A stretch of DNA of 42,001 nt from Proteromonas lacertae (taxonomy: Eukaryota). Location of the stretch: contig NGBS01000630.1 of the NCBI GenBank assembly GCA_002245135.1, positions 1-42,001 on the forward strand, given 5' to 3'. The notes under the pieces were generated by a model. It was not told the origin of the DNA and searched no databases. It worked only from the letters and a program-made list of their open reading frames with translations. Both the position numbers and the translations under genes were made by a program. Every line of letters starts with the position of its first letter. Positions within the stretch are counted from its first letter, which is position 1. Shown here in pieces: positions 9,984 through 24,497 of the stretch.

Positions 9984-11166
9984 TTATGTTTCTGCTGGTT
10001 TCTCATTTAACTTCTCTTTTTCTTTCTCAATCATTTTCTTCTTCACTATTGCTAGTTTCTTATCTATCACCATAAAGTCTATCGTTTTATCTGCTAATTC
10101 AGATGCTCGATGGATTGTAGAGACTATATGTTATTATAAGCATATTATATAACAATAATAGATATACATGCAACATTAAAAAGCAAATTCTGTCCAGGAT
10201 CAACTGGATTTACTATGTAAGGAGGTTTCACATCATCACATTTTATTCTCCTTGTATCATCTGGCATGTCTTCATTATTCTCCCAAGTAATCTAAATGAA
10301 TTTATAAATAATGAAAATTACTGGCTTTATTGGAATATCCCTCATTAATTCAAATAATGCTTTCATATATATAAATAATCTTCCATTATCATCAACAATA
10401 CTTTCATCTATTGTAGTTTCGTGAAAAACATAACTAATTAATATAATTCAAGTAAAATATACAATAACAATGCAGTTAAAATCTCTTCTTCATAGTGTAC
10501 TTGACCTAACCAAAGCATATTACCTTGCCAATATTTTATCAACAATAATGCATTAATTAGCAAAGGATATTTTATGGTCATATTTCTATATAACGAATAG
10601 AACTGTGGTAAATGATGATAAAGATAGTATCGATGATTAATTTCTGTGAGTTCACCTTCTGGAATTCCAGAGATTATGATTTCAAGTGTCAAATTATTAA
10701 GTTTTAATACAACTGAATTTCTAAACAATAGATTATGTAATTTATGTAAATATATATACTCTGTAACTGTTCTATAGCATTGTAATGATGGTATATTCTA
10801 TGTATATGATATAAATTATGTTATTTTTGTACTTTTGTGAAATTAACAATCTCAATTTTATATTCATCTAGTTTTTCTATGCTAAATGATTTAAGTAACA
10901 CGATAACATCACAGACTATGTTATCATTTAAAGAACTGTCATTTGCTATTCCTCCAAAACTGAATATTGACTCAATTTTACTTCCAAATGCACTTTGAAC
11001 TTTTTCTTTTACTCCGTCAATAAGTGATGTGATTTGATTAGTTAATCCTGTTGTACAACGATAATTCTCTATAAAATCGTTTGGACTATACCAGTTAATA
11101 GGTATATCCAATTTATCAATCTATTTCCAATTAACAGAATATATGTACTCTAAGTCTATGTGCCAT
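9984..11166 (-). CDS. 2'-5' oligoadenylate synthetase (OAS)-like nucleotidyltransferase, ~325 aa, 7 exons, degenerate catalytic motif
   Basis: Six GT-AG introns join the small ORFs into one frame. Ordered OAS-like motifs: FSFGGIANDSSLNDNIVCDVIVLLKSFS, LTLEIII, ALLLIKYWQ, EILTALLFYVF, ALFELM..KPITWENN, PPYIVNPVDPGQNL. Confidence 0.7.
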
Positions 11167-11229
11167 TATGAAGAAAAAAAGAATTTCAATCAAGCTTATG
11201 ATTTGTGATCAAACATAAGCCAAGCCTAC
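11167..11229. promoter_or_regulatory. Putative bidirectional promoter, OAS-like / ATM (63 bp)
   Basis: Divergent ATGs at 11166 and 11230. Contains TCAAGC and AAGCCAAGCC. Confidence 0.55.
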
Positions 11230-14200
11230 ATGAGTAATAATCTAAAGATTAAGCTGAATGATGTGTTAAATAGAATTGCTAAACAACCAAGAACAAGAAA
11301 AAAAACATGTGAAGAACTTTTAGAGTATTGATTTGTGATTATGTTTTAGATTTCTCTCTCAAGCCCAGACTTTGAATGAATTACATTCATTCAATGGATT
11401 TGTTAGCATATCGGATATAATATCAAAACATTTTGTTATATTACAATCAATTGATGAGAAATCTACATTTCTGAAATATATTGTTCATTTAGTTAAAATT
11501 CTTACTGTTTATTCTGTAGAATTTTTAGATATTGTTACAAAAATATTTGAACATATTGATATTTCTCTAGATACACAGCAATCTATGGAGTGTATAAACC
11601 AATATCATTTATTATTGACATACATTATAAAAGTATAAATTATAATATGTAATAATAATAGATGCCTTTATGTAAACTGTTTTTATCACCCGAATTGTTT
11701 TTAAACTTCAGCAATCAAATGTTAACTGACATATTAACTAAAAATTCAATAGAAATATCTCGAAGATCAATATCTACATTAAAAGATATAATAATAATTT
11801 ATACAAAAGTTATACCAGTGAAAGTAATCAACAGTTTATTAAATTCATTAACAAATTGTATTTTATCATCAAATGAAACTGATATAAATATCATTGTTGA
11901 TACAATAAGTTGTATGAATGAAATATATAAAAAGTATATATTACTATTGGTTATAATTATTTGTTAGATGTAGTAATAATTTGATAATATTTTCAATAAC
12001 AAATTTATCTAAATTCATAGAGTATATATATAGATTATTTTATGTAATAGATTTTATGATAAATTTTGGAATGTAAATGCATCTATTCATGAATATATGT
12101 GTGAATTATATTACCATATTTTAAAATCCTTAATAAACTCTTGGAATAGAGTGAATCTAGTTGATAGTCAGTATTATGATTATTTTTCTACATTATGTAA
12201 TATATTCAACAATTCCATCTCACTTATTGAAGTATATAAAGGTGAATATTATTTATATTTTTAGTATGCAGAAAATAATCATTATAATTTTCCTTATTAT
12301 CAAACTCAGTTGTATTTTTTACTATTGAATCAAACATTATCCAACCAACAACTGACAGATTCTGAATCACCACCAAAAAGAATAAAGAAAAGTGGTGAAA
12401 TTGAGTTTCTTTACGATAATTCATTTGAAATAAGTAATGAAAAACATATATCATTTTTATATCTTTTATCAAATCATTTCAAATTGTATTTTATATTCAC
12501 TTTTTATATAATATATACATATGAATAGAAATACAAAATGTCATACTAAAAGATTAATAGAATTTATTGATTTATTACTCCCGAATTCATATCAACAACA
12601 ACTACAACAATATGAAGAGAATTTAATACTATTAACTCTGAGTAAATTGATATTGATATGTGATAGTAATAAGTATAAAAGAGTAGAATCGAATAAATGG
12701 AAGAAATTATATATATATCTTTGGAATAGATTGATAGTATATTTCAAACCAAATAATGTCGAATCATCTTCACTTTTCCACCAAAGTGTTTCTCCATCAA
12801 TAATTGAATTATTGTTGACTAATATTTATTTGTTTCATTATTTTAAATTGGTGAATCAATCGTTATTTATGTCTGTTAATTGGAGAGATATTCATATTGT
12901 TAATCGAAGTGTATTGAATGAAAGAATAATACAAATTCTTATTGAATTGTATTGTATTATTTGTGTTGATTTATTGTATCAATTGATTTAGCGTTGTTAT
13001 TGAATAGGCCAAATGAATTTCATGAATTAAGATTACAATACATCAAGTGGTTATTCGAAATAATTCAGTTGTTTGTATCTGGTGAATCAGGAGCTGATAA
13101 ATCGCAATTCTTTTTAAATATTTCGAATCAATTACTCAATTATTTGACTATAATATTGTGTAGTATTTAAATATCATATATATATATATATCCTGTAATA
13201 GAATTTGATGTTTTAGAGAATGAAAAAGAATCAATTACTTTGTATAATAATCATATAATGTGATATAATAAATAGAATGGAGAAAATGTTGTTAGAGAAT
13301 GATTGTCTTTATAATAAAATGAATAAATATTACCACTTATCATCTCTTTCCTTTAATTCAATAGATGTTGATACACTATCCAATTTGAATGATTTAATAA
13401 ATAATATGATGAGTAATTGCATCAATTTAAGGGAATATGAAGAAACATCTGATATAATTAATAATTCTATTCGTTATAATGCTATTATAAATATATTCAC
13501 AAGATTACATGTTATTCTACATAATACAGTAGTTGATGATGATAATGATGAGGAAGGATTAACAAATAGAATGAATGAACTATCCATTACCTTAAATACA
13601 CTTATTCCTGTATTATATATTTCTCTTTAATTATCTTAATAGAATATGATGAATTATGTTATAAAGCAATTGAGCAAAATTCAGTATAAAGCAGAACAAT
13701 TGCATATTATTTATTCTCAATTTCAACAGTATTTTATAGATAATTTTCAATCAATCAAATTGAATATCGTATGTGATTATAAATCTTTATTCAAATATCA
13801 AGAAGTCGAAAAGAACAAAACAAATGTGAGGAATAATGACAATATCAATACTCTTACACAAATATTCCCATTGTTTCCTCAAAATATAGATATAACTCTA
13901 TATCCATATATTGGAATTCTTCAAACTTTTTTACAGAAAATATATCAGAATATAATTTCTAATACTTCAAAATGGGTTTGTAGTTCTAATCGTAATTATC
14001 TCTCAAATGATATTTCTTATACTGATAAATGCTTGTCTTCAATTGTGTATTGTCTGTTGAATTTTCCTTTTTCTAATTCTACATTTAAAGAAATGAATTA
14101 TGATATTGAAGTATTAAACTATAATAAGAGTCAATTCATATTCAATAATGTATTAATATGGAAGAATAAAGATGATAGAATTGATGTTGATAAACTGATT

Positions 14201-17200
14201 CATGTATATTGTTTTTAGTGTTTTTTATTTCATTAATAGCCAATTGAAAATGAGTATATGTGGAATAGAATCGATATAAAACTACATCATATTAGATTCG
14301 TTAATCATTTGATGTTAGAAACACAATGTATAGAACAATAATTACATTTTTTTAGACGATTCTTCATTTTGGATTACTATTTTAGAGAAAATTTCATTAT
14401 CAATTGATGATTTGGAAGGATATTTAGAAACAAATAATCTAATTATTACATTTTTAGGAAAATATAAATACTTGGATATGAATGATATAAAGTGGTTGAT
14501 TGTATATATTAAAGGACAAAATAAAGTTGGATATGATAAAGTTCAAATTTCACTCTCAAAGTTAATTCATTACCTATTTCATTCAGTAAAAGATCCGCTA
14601 GCATTATATAATAAATTGATAAGTTATGATAACAATCCATATTCATTATCATCACTTAATTCTTATTCAATTCTACAGTTGTGTGAAATGAGTAGATCAA
14701 ACTCTTCAATACTGTGTAATGTATTGTTCAAAATCTCTATATTATATGAAAATGAATATTTAAAAGATACAATCATTTCAGTTTTGAAAGTATTATCTAA
14801 TTCAATGAGTAATGATAAAGATTATACAAAATTATATCAACATTATCTTGACTCAATTCTTTATAATTATTTTATATTCTACTTAGAAAAACCTCAAGCA
14901 GGAATTGACCATTTCCCATTTGAATTGGTTGGTGCATATACTTTATCTGACTTTATAAATGGAGCAAAAAATGTGATTATACCAATAGTATTACTGATGG
15001 ATAATAACATTAGAGATTCAATAATGACATTCATTTGTGACATTTTGAATGTAAATCTATCCAATATCATTGTTTCTACTATTTCAAGTATTTATGGTTA
15101 TATTTGCCCATTACTATATTCAAGTGATTCAAATGATGTAATTAAAGCCAAAGATGTTTTAAGATATGTTGATACAAATGCACCAGGGTCAATAGATAGT
15201 GTTTATTCAAATATTAGTAATGTCTACACATGTTTTTATGAAACATCATTAATATGCAACTGTAATTATTATGATAATATTACAGTTGAATCTTACCATA
15301 AGGCAGTTGTTGAATTGATGAAAAATAACAAAGTATTATTAGAAATATTATATTCTTATTTTGTAAATAGCAATTGAATAAATGTATGTGTTGTATTGAA
15401 ATAGTGAAGTATATTCAATTCAAATTTTGTATGTGTTATTGGATTGATAAACCATTGAAACTGATTCAATGGATAGTTGATATTGTTTTATCAAATGTAT
15501 GTTGTTATATATTTGTAATAATAGAAATTGAATTCTGCAACTTATGTTATAATATTGAGAATATTATTATCAATAATTAAAGTAAAACCATTTTCAAAAG
15601 ATGTTATTTATCACTCAATCATTAATCTTCGTATATATACTACATGAATAATTCTATTTAGTTAATGTTACTTCATCTGATAATACATTATTGCCATTCT
15701 TTTTGTATGATTTATTTGAAGTGATGAATAAGAATTGCAGAGATGAGTTTACTCAAAGTGAAATTGATTGTATTTCTGTGTATTTATATATTTTGTGTAG
15801 TATGTAACTTTCTTGTTACATTTTTGAATAATGTTCCTTATGAATTAGCAGCAAATTTCTCAATATTGCCATTATTACCATCAAATAAATATACAGTCAA
15901 AATCAACAATATTATATCAGCATATAAAGATAATGTTTGTACAGATATAAACATCATATTATTATTAATTGAATTACTTCATATTAAGTCTTTAAATAAT
16001 GATAATAGTGTTGATATAACTCCAATTTACGAATTGCTGAAGAATAATGAGAGTGTAATATCCGAATTAGTATGTAAATATAAAATGAAAATGGATAAAT
16101 TAGTGATGCTTCTATTGTCTATATCTAGAGATAACAATCAAAATAATAATGAAAATGTCAAATTATGTTTTGAATGTTTGTGTTTTATTTTTTCTTCTGG
16201 TTGTTATGATGTTATCACTTCTGATGTTTCAGATACTCCAGATGTATTTAATGAAACATTGAAAAAGAATGAGAATGATGAAATTCAAGATATTACACCA
16301 TATGAATCTGTATATATTGTTATTATTATTGTTATATTTGCATTAGTGTCTTTTGAAAATGACTTACAAATTAATAGTGTTAGTAACTTCAGAAAAGCCA
16401 ATAACAGCTGATTATTTCTTACTGTTAAAATCAATAGTAAAATATAATAAGAAAATTCATGCTTTCTTCAACAAAGATTCATTTATGTATGAAATATTAC
16501 AAGAAATAAAGAATGAACTAAAATACAGTGGATCTTCTCAAGTTGCTGTTACTTCATCTTCAGTGGAAGAGTTATCAATGAGAAATGTGAATATAAATGA
16601 TTTTGAAAAGTGGGTATGTAAAAGTGCAGCTAGATTATGTCGAATAACAAATGATGATACATTAAAAGTATATTATATTGTTTTATAGTTAGTGTTTTTA
16701 TTATATTTGCTTGGATTCTCCAGTTGTAGCTGTAGATGTATATCCGATGTTGTTATTTTCAATTGTTACTGAAACTACTCCAGACAAATATCAAAAATAT
16801 CATTTAACAGTGATAGAAGAGATAAATGAAGTATTTGTCAATGATAAAATAACACCAAGAATAGTGAAGTTATATTTAGATGGAATAGAAATGATTAGAA
16901 AAGAATATGTATAAATAAATATATATATATATTTATATGGATGATATATCTTTATAGTATTATCAAAAAAAAAACAATATAATGAAATACCAAATTGTGC
17001 CAATTGAACAGTATAATATCAATTTGTATAACATGTGTATTTGTTTATTGAAAAATCACTATTATTACAGTTCAATATTCTATTACGAGTATTATGTAAT
17101 GAATAATTATTCAGTTCCACAACAATCACTTTTTTCTCTTACGAATGTCTCATTTCAACCTTATCTAGAAACAATATCTCATATCAATAATCATGATATG

Positions 17201-20200
17201 ATATTAGGATTTCCAATAAGTTATAATTCAAGATATGATGAAATAATATATTCAAATAATAATCACTATTTGAATGCTCTGCAATTGTATATTTTCCAAA
17301 TATTATTATTGAATAGATATAATTGTTCAAATGGTATGAATTATTTATATTCTAATCCAATCAATTCGGTATTACAATCGGCAGGAATTCCATTTTTATA
17401 TAAAACAACGAATAATCTAGAGAATGGTGATGATAATGTTGAATCAATAGAGAATCATTACAAAGTGAAATGGTTATTAGGTCAATGGGATTGTAATGAT
17501 AGCAATAATTGTAGAGAATATGTGAATTGCGATAGTTCTTCATATTACATTTATCAATCATTAAATGTATTTCATAAAAACAAGAGTCAAGCCAAACTGT
17601 ATGTTGAATGTGGTGAGAATAAAATCCCTTCAAAATTATCATCAATTATATGTAGTGAAGATTACCAATCGTTTATTCCTTTACTAGTTTCAAAGGATTG
17701 TTTTTCAATTATTTCGCAATATATAAATATAGAAAATTCAGATGAAAGTCTTATCAGTGAAAGAGTGTTGAATTGGTTAAATACAATGAAGAAGAGAATC
17801 AATTTAAATGATTATAAGAATAATATTCTTATTTCATTATGTTCTTTATTGTTGAATGAATTTAGTAGTGGTGTATGTTTAGATAAATATCTATTAGGTG
17901 TTTTATCTTTGTCAAGTAATGATAGTGATTATAATATAATAAAACAATCATTATATCAATATAAGAACAAGTTGTTACAGACAAGTGAATATAATTCATT
18001 GTCATATTATTTACTTCAAAGTAAATTGTTGTGGAAAGGAAAAGAAGAAATAGCTGCATTATCTTGTTTGAAGTATATTATAAATCTATAATTATAATAT
18101 ATAATGAATAGACAATCACTTCAATCTCCGTTGTTTTTAAATGAAACAGATTCTCATGCTTATCATTCAAGGATATTAAGTTTATGTGGTTATTATTCAT
18201 CAATAACAAAGACTTCTTCATCTGATGTAATAATCGATGAATATTTCCATCCAAGTGTTAAAATATATAAAGATGAAAAGAAAGACAAATTATTGGGTAA
18301 ATTATACTTTAGATTTGCTGAATTTCAAGACCATTGTTTTGGTAGTATGATGAATAACATAAAGAGTAATGAGTATCAAGAATTATACAATAACTGTGTA
18401 TAATAGTTATTCATATATATTGACATATAGGAAGAAATGAAGAAAGAAATAGATGAAATAGATGAAGAATTGAAAAAGAATAAAACAAATAGTGAATTAA
18501 CAAACAAGTTGAATAGAAAAAGAGAGAACTATAGGAAATGGATTTCAATAATAAGTCAAACACAACCAAAATTGGAAGATGCAAATAAATTGTTAATAAA
18601 AACAATAAAATGTTATATGAAGTGTCTTTCATACACTTCTAAGTATGATACAACAGTCACTTATAGAATAATTGGATTGTGGTTTGCAAATCAACAAGTG
18701 TATATTGTTATAATGTTTTATAATGTAATTAGAAATGAACTGAATAAAACAATCGAATCAAAAATAGATGAATTGCCGTTATATAAATTCATTCCATTAA
18801 TTTATCAAATCATTTCAAGATTAGATATTGAAAATACTCCATTCTCAAACTCTTTGTTTGATTTTGCACATAAATTGTGTTTTTATCATCCATATCATTC
18901 AATTCCATTAGTTTTAGCATTATTTAAAGGGGAGAAGAGTAAGAATGATATAAAGAGTAGTAGATATAAAGTATTTGATAAATTAATAAATAGTCTTTTG
19001 AATGAGAATTATAGTGAATTGATAAAAAACATTCAATTATTATATGAGATGTTGGTATGTATAGCTAAAGAAAAAGATACACTAAGAAGTGAACATAAAT
19101 TCTCCAAATTGAGAAGAGAATTGTTAAATATACATAAATCTATAAAATATAACGAAATTCCATTATTAACACTTAATCAAGATGTTTCTGTTGATAGTGA
19201 TTATAGAAAATATGTAAAAATAGATGGATTTGTTGATGTTTATAAAGTATGTTTATTAACTTATATTTTACTTGATTATTTATTATTTTGTTAGACAGCT
19301 GATAATGGCATTCATGCTCCAAAGATATTGTGGTGTAGAGGAACAGATGGAAAAGTGTATCAACAACTCTTAAAAGCAGATGATATAAGATCTGATTATG
19401 TAACTGAACAATTTTTTGATTTAGTTAATAAACTATTATCATCCAATATTGAAACAAATAAAAGAAAATTACATATTCGAACTTATAGAATTCATCCTTT
19501 AGATTATGAAGGTGGTTTATGTGAATGGGTTATAAACACATTACCATTAGGATCTTATCTAATAGCAACCAAGTATATTTATAAACATATATTAAAATAT
19601 AATAGATCAACTTATGAACAATCAGCTCATTTCAGATATCATCCAAATGAATGGAAGAATAGTGAATGTCGTAGTAAAATTTCTAATTCATTAGACAAAA
19701 TATCAGCAATAAAAGAAATCTTCAAAAATTTTACACCTGTTTTTCACAATTATTTCATAGAACAATATAGCAACAGTATGGAATGGTTTGAAAAGCGAAT
19801 ACAATATACAAAAAGTGTAGCTGTGAATAGTATGGTTGGTCATATTATTGGAATTGGAGATAGACATTCAATGAATATATTAATAGATAAAACAACATCA
19901 GAATTAATACATATTGATTTTGGTGTAACATTTGAGCAAGGTAAAGTGCTTCGTACTCCTGAGGAAATTCCTTTTCGTTTAACAAGAGATATAATAGATG
20001 GAATGGGAATAATGGGAGTAGAAGGAATTTTTCGAATTTGTTGTGAATATATTTTAAGTTTATTGAGAGAAAAGAGTGAATTAATAATGACAATAGTGGA
20101 AGTATTAATACATGATCCTTTATTTAATTGGACAATAAAACCTGAGAAGATGAATAATTTGCAAAGAGAAGAAGAAGATAATGTAAATACATATACAAGT

Positions 20201-20419
20201 GGTGAAGAGAATAATATTATTATAAGTAAGAAATCTTGTAGTAATAAAACAATTGATTCTTCAAGAGTATTAATTCAAACACAAATGAAATTAAGAGGAA
20301 TAGAAACTCCTGATGGTGAATGTTTATCTGTGAAAGGACAAGTTACTCATTTGATTATGGAAGCTCAGAATATAAATCATTTGGCGATGTTGTTTCCTGG
20401 ATGGGGATCATGGGTATGA
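11230..20419 (+). CDS. ATM: ATM/Tel1 PIKK serine/threonine kinase (multi-exon)
   Basis: N-terminal TAN-like RTRKKTCEEL, FAT region (YKFIPLIYQIISRL, HPYHS), kinase (GIHAPK, LLKADDIRSD, GIGDRHSMNIL, HIDFG, PEEIPFRLTRDIIDGMG) and FATC LFPGWGSWV*. Many short introns link the listed ORFs. Confidence 0.95.
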
Positions 20420-20635
20420 TGATGTTATTCTGCATTAATTACTTAAATGATTAAGTAATTCTGATATTTCATATTAATGTATATTGGTTTAACTATCATT
20501 AACCAAAAACATCAAATAGATATCTTTATTAGCAATATTATTCATATCAACATGTTATATACATATATTGAAAATAGAGTCGTTACTATATTAAGAAAAA
20601 GATAAAAAAACAATGTTTTAAAGAGATTATTTAAA

Positions 20636-21006
20636 TTAATATAATAAATCATTCAATACATCTTCTGATGTTCCAATTGCTAAAGGAGTATCTCGTTTTG
20701 TATTCTTAGAATGCTATTTAAAATGAATAAATAAAAATACATCAATATTCGATATTTTATCAGGATCAAATGGCAATTTATTAGGTGGAAATGGATTGGA
20801 TGTAATATCTTTCCACCTAATACTATTATCAAACGAATCTAAAATAGTATCAACATTAGGATTGCTTTGATAGGATCTAAATAAATCATTTTGAAAATCA
20901 TTCACATCTTTAAATGTATTTATATCATTCATTAACAACAACAAAAGATCATCAATGTTACTGTCATTATACGATAATATAGCTTCTAATATATTGTGAG
21001 TAGATA

Positions 21007-21057
<51 letters not shown>

Positions 21058-21681
21058 TATACACTTAAATTATCAGATTTTACATTCATTACATGAGTTG
21101 CTATTCTCATAATGTAATTTTCAACTATTTCTGTCAATACAGCTACTGTATTAGAAGTTGTACTACTATATCCACATAAGATTAATTCTGATATTATAAA
21201 GTTCTTAAGGTAATGCTGACCTATAAAATCACTCATATGATCTACAGTTGGAATATGCATTGACTCATTCTTGAATGTTCTCAATAGAGATGGAGCAATA
21301 AATATTTCTGTTGTGTTATTTTCTTGTTTTACATCTTTTGCATAATTGTAGATTTTTCTTAAATTAGTCTAAATATTACATTACATAATTCATATTATAT
21401 CTATACAATCATTTCAGCAGATCTAAGAGTAACTGAATTGTTTGGAACTGTTCTCATGGGTAAATTATTATTGAAACTGTATATTGCTTCTTTTGACTTT
21501 TCTTCTACTATTTCTGGTGTTATTATTTGTAATGATCTACTTATAAACACAAAATCTATACGTTATTGTATTAAGTTCTTCTTCCTGTTCTTTTGTCTAA
21601 TATTAACTAATTAAAAAATAATACTGGTTGTTCATCATCATCTTCAGGGAATAAAATGAAAGATTCTTCTTCTGATTCCAT
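20636..21681 (-). CDS. Spt7/SUPT7L-like (Bromo_TP histone-fold) transcription cofactor
   Basis: Spliced ORF MESEEES..NLRKIY..HYLKNFIISELILCGYSSTTSNTVAVLTEIVENYIMRIA resembles the Spt7/TAF8/TAF3 histone fold. Confidence 0.6.
21013..21054. repeat. (AT)21 microsatellite inside an intron
   Basis: Perfect dinucleotide run. Confidence 0.95.
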
Positions 21682-21752
21682 AGAAATAAACAATCCAAAA
21701 AATAATGAAATTGGTTATTGAAAATTTTTGAAACAACATCATTTCTCCAAAA

Positions 21753-23411
21753 ATGGTATAAAACTGAATTATGATTTATATAGCCCAGAAAGAAGCGTCC
21801 ATACATTGACAAGAAACGTTCAATCAAATTTGAACTTGTCCATAGATCTAAGGCAGATCCATTGTATTATGAAGAAGGATCTTCACCCTGGGTGTTAGTT
21901 CCTGTGACTAATGTTGATAAAAATGTATTTTATTATCGCTGATGTTTATAGATACCTATTGATCCAAAGTTTATTCACAAAGTTGATCCAACAATCGATC
22001 CGTATGCAGTAAAAGAGAGTGATTTCTTTGGAGAATCAAGTGATGAAGATGAATATGACGACGATATGGATGATGAGGATATTGACGATGAAGAAAACCC
22101 ACAGCCTCCTCCTCCATCTAAATCACAAGTAGAAATAAAAATACCATTCAAACCTGAAGATTATGGTCTACCAAACGACGGTTATGATTATTCAAAACAT
22201 TTAAAGAAAAGAGGTGATGGTGTATTTATCAACGCAAATGGAGAAATGGAAGAAGAAATAGTCACAGATAAAGACAAATCGAAAGAACCAATAGATTTAT
22301 TATCCTATTTACCAGAAGAGTTATTACCACAAGAAATGAGAAGTGAACAAATAATAAAATCAGAAAAATTATATGAAGATGAAGTTGATCCTGAAGTATT
22401 AGCAGCATTAGAAGATCCAGATGCATTTATAGAAGAAGATGGTGAATTAGATGATGATTTTGTATTGAAAGCAAATGAAATGGAAGACAATAGTAACAGT
22501 AATAATAATTCAACATTTGATTTAGAGAAGCATTTACAACACTTACTAGAAGAAGCTGAAAAAGAAGATAATTTGAATCAAAAGAATAATAAAAATAGAC
22601 ATGTAAAATTTGATGATGATGATGATTATGATTATGATATAGGAAAAGAGCCAATAAAACATGTAGAAACTGATAGAGAAAAACGATTAGTAGATGAACA
22701 TTTTGATGTAGTTTTAGATTCCTATAAAGATGAAGATATTGGTGATTTAGGAGATGAAGAAATAGTAGGAAATTTAGAATTAGATAATGAATATTTAATG
22801 AGTTTATGTGATGAATTTATCGAACATCCAGATAGAATTCACATATCTAAAAAGAATCAAGTAATTAAGAAGAGTGAAGTAGTGAATTTAACTAAACAAT
22901 TATTATCAAAAAGACCAGATTTAGTAGATATATCAATAAAACCAGAAGATGAAGAAGAAGATGGAATTTAATAAATATGATAATGATTATGATGATGATA
23001 ATAGGAATGATAGATGGGATATTGAAACAATTCATTCTGCTTATACAAATACAGAGAATTTACCAACGGTAATTAGAGAAACGAAGAAGATTAAATTATC
23101 TAAGAAAACTGGAATTCCTATTAATTCATTTACTACAAAAGCTAATAATAATAATAATAAAGAAAATGAAGAAGGAAATGATGATGAATGAAGAAGAGAA
23201 TGAATCAATAAAAACATCTCCAATTCAATATTCAAGAAAGAAAGGAGAGACAAAAGAAGAGAAGAAACTGAGAAAACAACAAATAAAAGAACAGAAACAA
23301 AGACGAAGGGAAGAAAAGAAGATGAATAAGATGATGTTCAAAGAAGAAGAGAAATTAGCATCAAAAGAGAATGTTGTGATGAAAAAAGGACGTAGTACAT
23401 ATATATTATAA
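21753..23411 (+). CDS. LTV1: 40S ribosome biogenesis factor LTV1 (two probable indel errors near 22963 and 23188)
   Basis: ATG-only first exon, then PRKKRPYIDKKRSIKFELVHRSKADPL, DGYDYSKHLK, ELDDDFVLKAN, WDIETIHSAYTNTENLP and RKKGETKEEKKLRKQQIKE. Confidence 0.92.
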
Positions 23412-23726
23412 AAGGATAATATTTATATTGTTTTAAATGTGTTATTGTTTTATCTTTACATTATTTGATAAAAACATGATATGTTTGTTATAGTCAGATA
23501 TTTATTATACTAACAATCCAGACTTTTTATATGCAGAAAGAGCAAAAAATAAAAAAAACATAAAATAGCTTGAATGAAGTTCGTATATGTTTTTTGAAAA
23601 ATAATATTTCTTTTATGAAAAATATCGTTTCAGCATTTGGCATTTCAAAAATCTTTCTTAAGTATTTTGAAAAATAAGATACTTTTTTTGAAATAGTCAG
23701 TATTATTCTTTTTTATTCTGTATAGA

Positions 23727-24389
23727 ATGACACTACATTTTCTAAATGCTAATTGCCCATTTTGCGTTGCTCAATACGTAGCATCAGCTCCACCAGTTGT
23801 ACAGGTGCCAGAATCAGAAAGAGCAAAACCACTAAATCCTGAAGATTTTATGACTAGTGAAGAGTTATTAAAAATGTATGAACCTGAAGAAGAAGGATTT
23901 CATATATATTTGGAAAGAATTACAGATAGGAAGAGAGATTATGTTTCAGTGAAACAAAATCAAATTGATATTCTAAAACGAATGTATACAACCAAAGGTC
24001 CATTCTATCCAATTTCGAAATATCAAGAAAGAACTGGAATAAAGCCAGAAAGACTGAAACATTTCATAAGAAGATTGCAAGCAGGTAAATCCATTGACAA
24101 AAGTATTACAGTTTTAGGAGATCATGAAATTAGAATTATAGCTAATGAAATGAAGAAAAATAGTGATGTAACATTAAATTTCTTACAAAATGTTATTAAA
24201 GAGAATACAGGTAAAAATATATCAATAGTAGCAATTCGTAAACATTTGAAAGAAGAAGATCAAAAGAAATTAAGACAATTAAGGGAAGAAAGGAAGATAG
24301 AAGCAAAAGAAGAGAAAGAAAGAAAAGAACATCAGAAAAAGATAATGAAGTTGATAGCTGAAGAAGCAAATATTTCAAATAACAAATAG
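23727..24389 (+). CDS. Helix-turn-helix protein resembling the DNA-binding N-terminus of IS630/Tc1-type transposases; no DDE domain
   Basis: 220-aa ORF with two tandem HTH-like blocks (PISKYQERTGIKPERLKHFIRR; NSDVTLNFLQNVIKENTGKNISIVAIRKHLK) and a charged coiled tail. Confidence 0.55.
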   Translation: MTLHFLNANCPFCVAQYVASAPPVVQVPESERAKPLNPEDFMTSEELLKMYEPEEEGFHIYLERITDRKRDYVSVKQNQIDILKRMYTTKGPFYPISKYQERTGIKPERLKHFIRRLQAGKSIDKSITVLGDHEIRIIANEMKKNSDVTLNFLQNVIKENTGKNISIVAIRKHLKEEDQKKLRQLREERKIEAKEEKERKEHQKKIMKLIAEEANISNNK

Positions 24390-24497
24390 ATATTGTATTT
24401 ACCATTATTATTCTATTGTTTTTTGAAAATGATGTATATAATCCACAAAGCAATAGATATTATTATTCTAATTCATATTTTAAAAACTATTTACAAA

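Noticed and set aside
21753..21783. LTV1 first coding exon consisting only of ATG
   Set aside because: Start-codon introns are common in eukaryotes.
23727..24389. HTH protein as the mobiliser of the foldback element
   Set aside because: It has no catalytic domain, and Tc1/IS630 enzymes duplicate TA rather than 5 bp.
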